Positions 62,301 to 64,000 of a DNA stretch of 64,000 nt are shown here, piece after piece. The stretch covers positions 1 through 64,000 of the forward strand of contig JALMLS010000540.1 in the NCBI GenBank assembly GCA_038496445.1, read 5' to 3'. The DNA comes from Trichosphaerium sp. ATCC 40318 (Eukaryota > Protista > Tubulinea). A program made the translations under genes and the position numbers. The notes below the pieces were generated by a model. That model did no database searches and was not told the DNA's origin. It saw only the letters and a list, made by a program, of their open reading frames with translations. Positions within the stretch are counted from its first letter, which is position 1, and each line of letters starts with the position of its first letter.

Positions 62301-62659
62301 TTGGAAAAGTAAAAGAAATTGCAGAAAAAATAGAAAAAGGGGGAGTAACATCGACTAATAGAAGAATAACGAGATCAAAGACGGCACACAGAATGGAGCT
62401 ACTAAGAAATATATTGAAAGATATAGCAATAGCAGCTCCTAAATTAACTAAGAAGAAGCTAGAAGAAGGGATAATAGATATAATTGGAAGAGGATCACCA
62501 TACATTAGAGACGGCGTTACACAAAAGAAATTAGTAACGGAAATTGGAAATTGCATATCGAGAGGAGACTTACGAGATTGGCTGGATCAAGTGATAGAAG
62601 AATTTGATGATACGTTTGCATTAGATATAGCATTATCACTTAGTGGAGATCATACTTAG
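56384..62659 (+). CDS. Gag-Pol polyprotein (about 2090 aa, no frameshift)
   Basis: CCHC knuckle CSRCKGYFHTAREC; protease LDSGA; RT with WSAPVVLVKKKDG, MPFGLKNA and YVDD; RNase H VDASK...TDHKPL; integrase HHCC + D,D,E core + GPY motif. Confidence 0.97.
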   Translation: MTTNNGEMDETLRDDEDNERGHTSVTNQQTGDDRLPPHLNKSLEQLINDGSERARMKQNAPTPTYGEESDSEDASDEDGGDDGAIGGFTEQKDAQDENQHQGFTADELMDQSSQLFIDQLEVRRKKLEKQMSRLKKRITKEKKKRKAPTATSTPAKKRKTGSKGLAVSSPLPEVLVADKEPPSSDDSSDNEEDNSSQVSKKKSITRKREVIGADIDSEESSDEEVEQLPMRRHMETIDESRCTKTERQAIYNFLPHGVKGTDGNCIGNDWHNCKGKLASIGNIAGSFPSFGDGKLTTVALNDYLVGVQHLANGFNLGKRGYIFALRVLAKGKVNELLSEDKYTFDPVAAVLALIRAYSPRLQRKQARILLEDLKQTKDQNIEEYRALVDKYARLAQVSRKKQHNEFYRGLLSVIRLKLEAKFGDNSDKYNFEKVLKFITEVEETRKVKVFAKDRDNRRGENQEINVIRTGGRPKKRKRNDDNNRGNEERRPYKKQQYGGGRTDKKEYYRNNRDGQDRSSYNPARRYQDRSNRRYYERNQGYQRNGGRRGDNNWRRNGLEQKSRAGGTCRDMDVVCSRCKGYFHTARECPVRREDVFVADDRRHSNKSIWSGSNYNVVRFASGPEGFINRFESREQAKLTKTQIQSINNIVNERQPILKSKRDFDVRERKGTFNNELKYTKVLNEESVSSIDKSKYNFSVTTTTTKVGKVKMIKTVLDSGATCSIIDYSLLQKLGKRGRIFKDHHQPVYTANNTELNVIGTTTVPVTIGTYKKNVLCFVVKNFRYPLLLGTNMMKSFGLSLLFDKEVVRNKIGEDIRMSCTRERTDMSDAANVITGNRIKIPKHSQVTFWANLSSPVSFKEGIVESHKTEEFDGHSYLLKRFGIQLARTCGTVIKKRAVPIQVMNMSNKAKFIPSQCNLAKFTPLTDEDEVSALDIDYSEEIKKMKTEAKNVTNEDIARAKTMFKMEGSKLTDEQKEQAYKFMAGYIDRFTSKLSKPARAKGTKHYIETDGAKPIHIPYRPLNPHKRAIVREELEKMLEQGVIQPSKSQWSAPVVLVKKKDGTWRFCIDYRALNKITKKDVHPLPRVTELLEALARAKYFSLFDAISGYWQIMMDKASRPKTAFATPWGLYEWLGMPFGLKNAQATFQRQMNLMLSGLLWQTCLCYVDDIIVFSQSFEEHLVHLKLMFDRLEEHNVMLKASKTVLFKDEVEFLGHVVSANGIATNPRIIKTIDEAPPPTNITELERFLGITGYYRRFVPNYAQWAHPLNQLKRKDRIWSWTSTEQKAYEKLKELLISPPILRHPDFTLPFEIHVDASKVAAGATLVQKVDGKEHVVAYFSKTFNAAQQNYSTIERETLGIILAIKEFAGYISFSQFKMIVYTDHKPLEYIQNLTNPRALVAYWLLELQNYDFKLVYKPGKKHLDADALTRPPLARVSNTTSTNRIQDKGQNQLFVLTDGTYDGTIEEEKAVTKRNEFTKWRPTINEMKDKLAPIDWSAAQREDGEASAYILFLTQGRIPHWVQKQYGFRKSIFITKAKVLRYDENTHILYHVNNNISQINMEKSRLQIFVPQALQNFVMRSCHDMPFAGHFGFIKTYDRVSRRFYWPQMYSDIKEWCDSCKRCQKAKTPRQPKGGFAVSFPILEPMELIAMDIVGPLPTTARGYKYLLVITDHFTKWTDAYPLVSHHATDVALIFIKEFCFRYGLPKQVLTDQGRDFTGKFMNRVYETLYIKPSRTTAFHPQTDGQTERFNHTIVEILKSFVNENQNDWDYWIPYALYAYRTAIHHSTKYSPFALMFGREPRLPIDMITEEKVQIPDKYNMSHWAEILAHRLRHAYQIAKKHILKSKKDQARYYNKRRRWVNYKEGQLVWLSVPYKKEKHGKFTCKWRGPYEILKLVGRNTVLLKLPEDSQMSRVINVERMKPFIDSFLRPEDYVDENYEKFEDEDGEIRVVGDEDYIPDRKKDDKEEEIKKDIGKVKEIAEKIEKGGVTSTNRRITRSKTAHRMELLRNILKDIAIAAPKLTKKKLEEGIIDIIGRGSPYIRDGVTQKKLVTEIGNCISRGDLRDWLDQVIEEFDDTFALDIALSLSGDHT

Positions 62660-62810
62660 TCGCTAAATTTACCTCCAAGTACATCTTGGTATTCTGGGTT
62701 AAGAAGGTTTCCCTGCGATTAAGGTTAAAGGATTAGAGGATTTGGATTGAAGGATAAGATGACGAAGAAAAGAGAATCAGGATATTTATTATAACATGGA
62801 AGTTATAACT

Positions 62811-62824
62811 AAAGGAAGGGGGAG
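62811..62824 (+). other. Polypurine tract
   Basis: AAAGGAAGGGGGAG just upstream of the 3' LTR. Confidence 0.9.
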
Positions 62825-62828
62825 TTCT

Positions 62829-62986
62829 TGTAAGGTGGAAATCAATCAGAAGTCAATCTACAGGAATCATATTGACGTTCAACCAATCATTCACAGAATA
62901 CCCACTTAATGTACACGGTCCTTAAGACCATAATAAATAGTATACAACAGCTACACAACAACTCTTGACTACCTTACCCTCTTACA
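62829..62986 (+). repeat. 3' LTR
   Basis: Identical by eye to the 5' LTR. Confidence 0.97.
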
Positions 62987-64000
62987 TTACTTCGCACTGA
63001 TTTCTATTGAATGAGGGCTGTTGTATGCGTCATCCACGTTCAAAAAAAAAAATCTTTCCTGACGAGGCTCTGCAGTGATATAAATCATGTTTACCTTATT
63101 GTGTGTAAGGCGAAACTTCCCATCTCGTATTTATTGTACCTCGGAAGTTCTTGTTGGGAAGTTCTTGTTGACTACAACGATGAACTTGCAAGATACTTAT
63201 TTTCTTTACTTGCACTACTTGAAAAAATCAGTGTGAAAACGCAAATTGTTTTTTTTTTTTAACTGTGAGTTTCCTCAATAAAAATTCAAAGAACAGACAT
63301 TGGTAACACGTGTAATGATTTATGGCAAGGCATACGTTATTGTGCAGGCACAGCACATATTCTAAGACAACAAAACTTTAGCTTTGGAGAAAACAGTTTT
63401 GTGTTGATTAGCCTCAGTACCCTAACGCTGTTTTCAATTGGCACCGCACAGTGAATGGATGTGTGATTAATTATCGTAATAATTACCATACCATTTCGCT
63501 TTTGCTGAAAACAAAACCGCCTTGTTGTTGATTGCAGGCTAGTCAAAATGTCGTATACTTATCATTTTAAAATGTACTTTGGGTTTGTGTTTAAGGTTTT
63601 TGTAATAACTTTTGTTGCGTGGACCTTTCAGATACTTCCCTTCCAAGTAAACGCGAGATTATTGTTAGGGTGCAATATCAACCTCATTTGTGTCTTCATT
63701 ACATTTACTCAGACTAAGCATTAGTTTCAACAATGGAGTTCTTAGATTGTGACGTGTGTCTTTATGCTGACACTGACTATACTATAGACCGGTATGAAAC
63801 CTTGTTATGGGAAGCTTCTGTATTCAAGTTTGAAGTGACGGGTATACATTTGTACGTGGTTCTTATTTCAAGACTTTGCCATATTACTGTACACATGTGA
63901 AAAATAACACTGCAATATTTGGCAATAGCAGACAGACTTTGTTGTGTTGATGTCATTTCGTGGAATATCTGGGGTTAATTTACTGATTCAGCATCTGCTA

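Larger units (their letters stand above)
56138..62986 (+). mobile_element. Intact Ty3/Gypsy (Metaviridae) LTR retrotransposon
   Basis: 158-bp LTRs (TGTAAG...CTTACA); TTAC target-site duplication at 56134-56137 and 62987-62990; PBS; PPT; single gag-pol ORF in PR-RT-RH-IN order. Confidence 0.98.

Noticed and set aside
56519-62556. Antisense and alternative-frame ORFs inside the retrotransposon
   Set aside because: By-products of the purine-rich gag-pol strand with no domain signatures. No env-like ORF was seen.
63000-64000. Possible gene start at the right edge
   Set aside because: I could not build a consistent spliced frame or recognise a motif within the window.

Overview
Gene-dense, AT-rich eukaryotic nuclear DNA with many short spliceosomal introns (mostly about 40-110 nt; dominant donor GTAYGT/GTAAGT, frequent AAG acceptors, several GC donors). 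The gene set (TKL kinase + SH2 of Shk type, Frizzled/Smoothened-like Fsl GPCR, MEF2/SRF MADS factor) points to an amoebozoan protist (inference). I reconstructed about 25 spliced genes by hand. Housekeeping genes include a RluA-type pseudouridine synthase, a Dcp2-like Nudix enzyme, an acyl-ACP thioesterase, a PPR protein, SDHC, SDHD, V-ATPase subunit D and an EF-hand protein. The window also holds one tRNA gene and an intact, very recent Ty3/Gypsy LTR retrotransposon (56138-62986; LTRs identical by eye, 4-bp TSD). The most notable observations are: (1) a GIY-YIG nuclease gene head-to-head, only 78 bp apart, with an F-box/LRR gene whose repeats vary at the ligand-facing positions, a candidate nuclease/antidote or defence module; (2) just downstream, an intron-containing alpha/beta hydrolase resembling the ABH effector domain of bacterial MARTX toxins; (3) nuclear SDHC and SDHD in tandem in bacterial operon order; (4) a PAM2-coiled coil-BTB-RRM fusion protein; (5) a tRNA with an Arg anticodon on a Thr-like body and a downstream extra B-box; (6) surface proteins carrying bacterial-type RTX-like and SdrD-B-like domains; (7) strong enrichment of the palindrome TCACGTGA and of GC-AG introns. 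Exon boundaries and family calls come from manual reading and remembered motifs, not from database searches.
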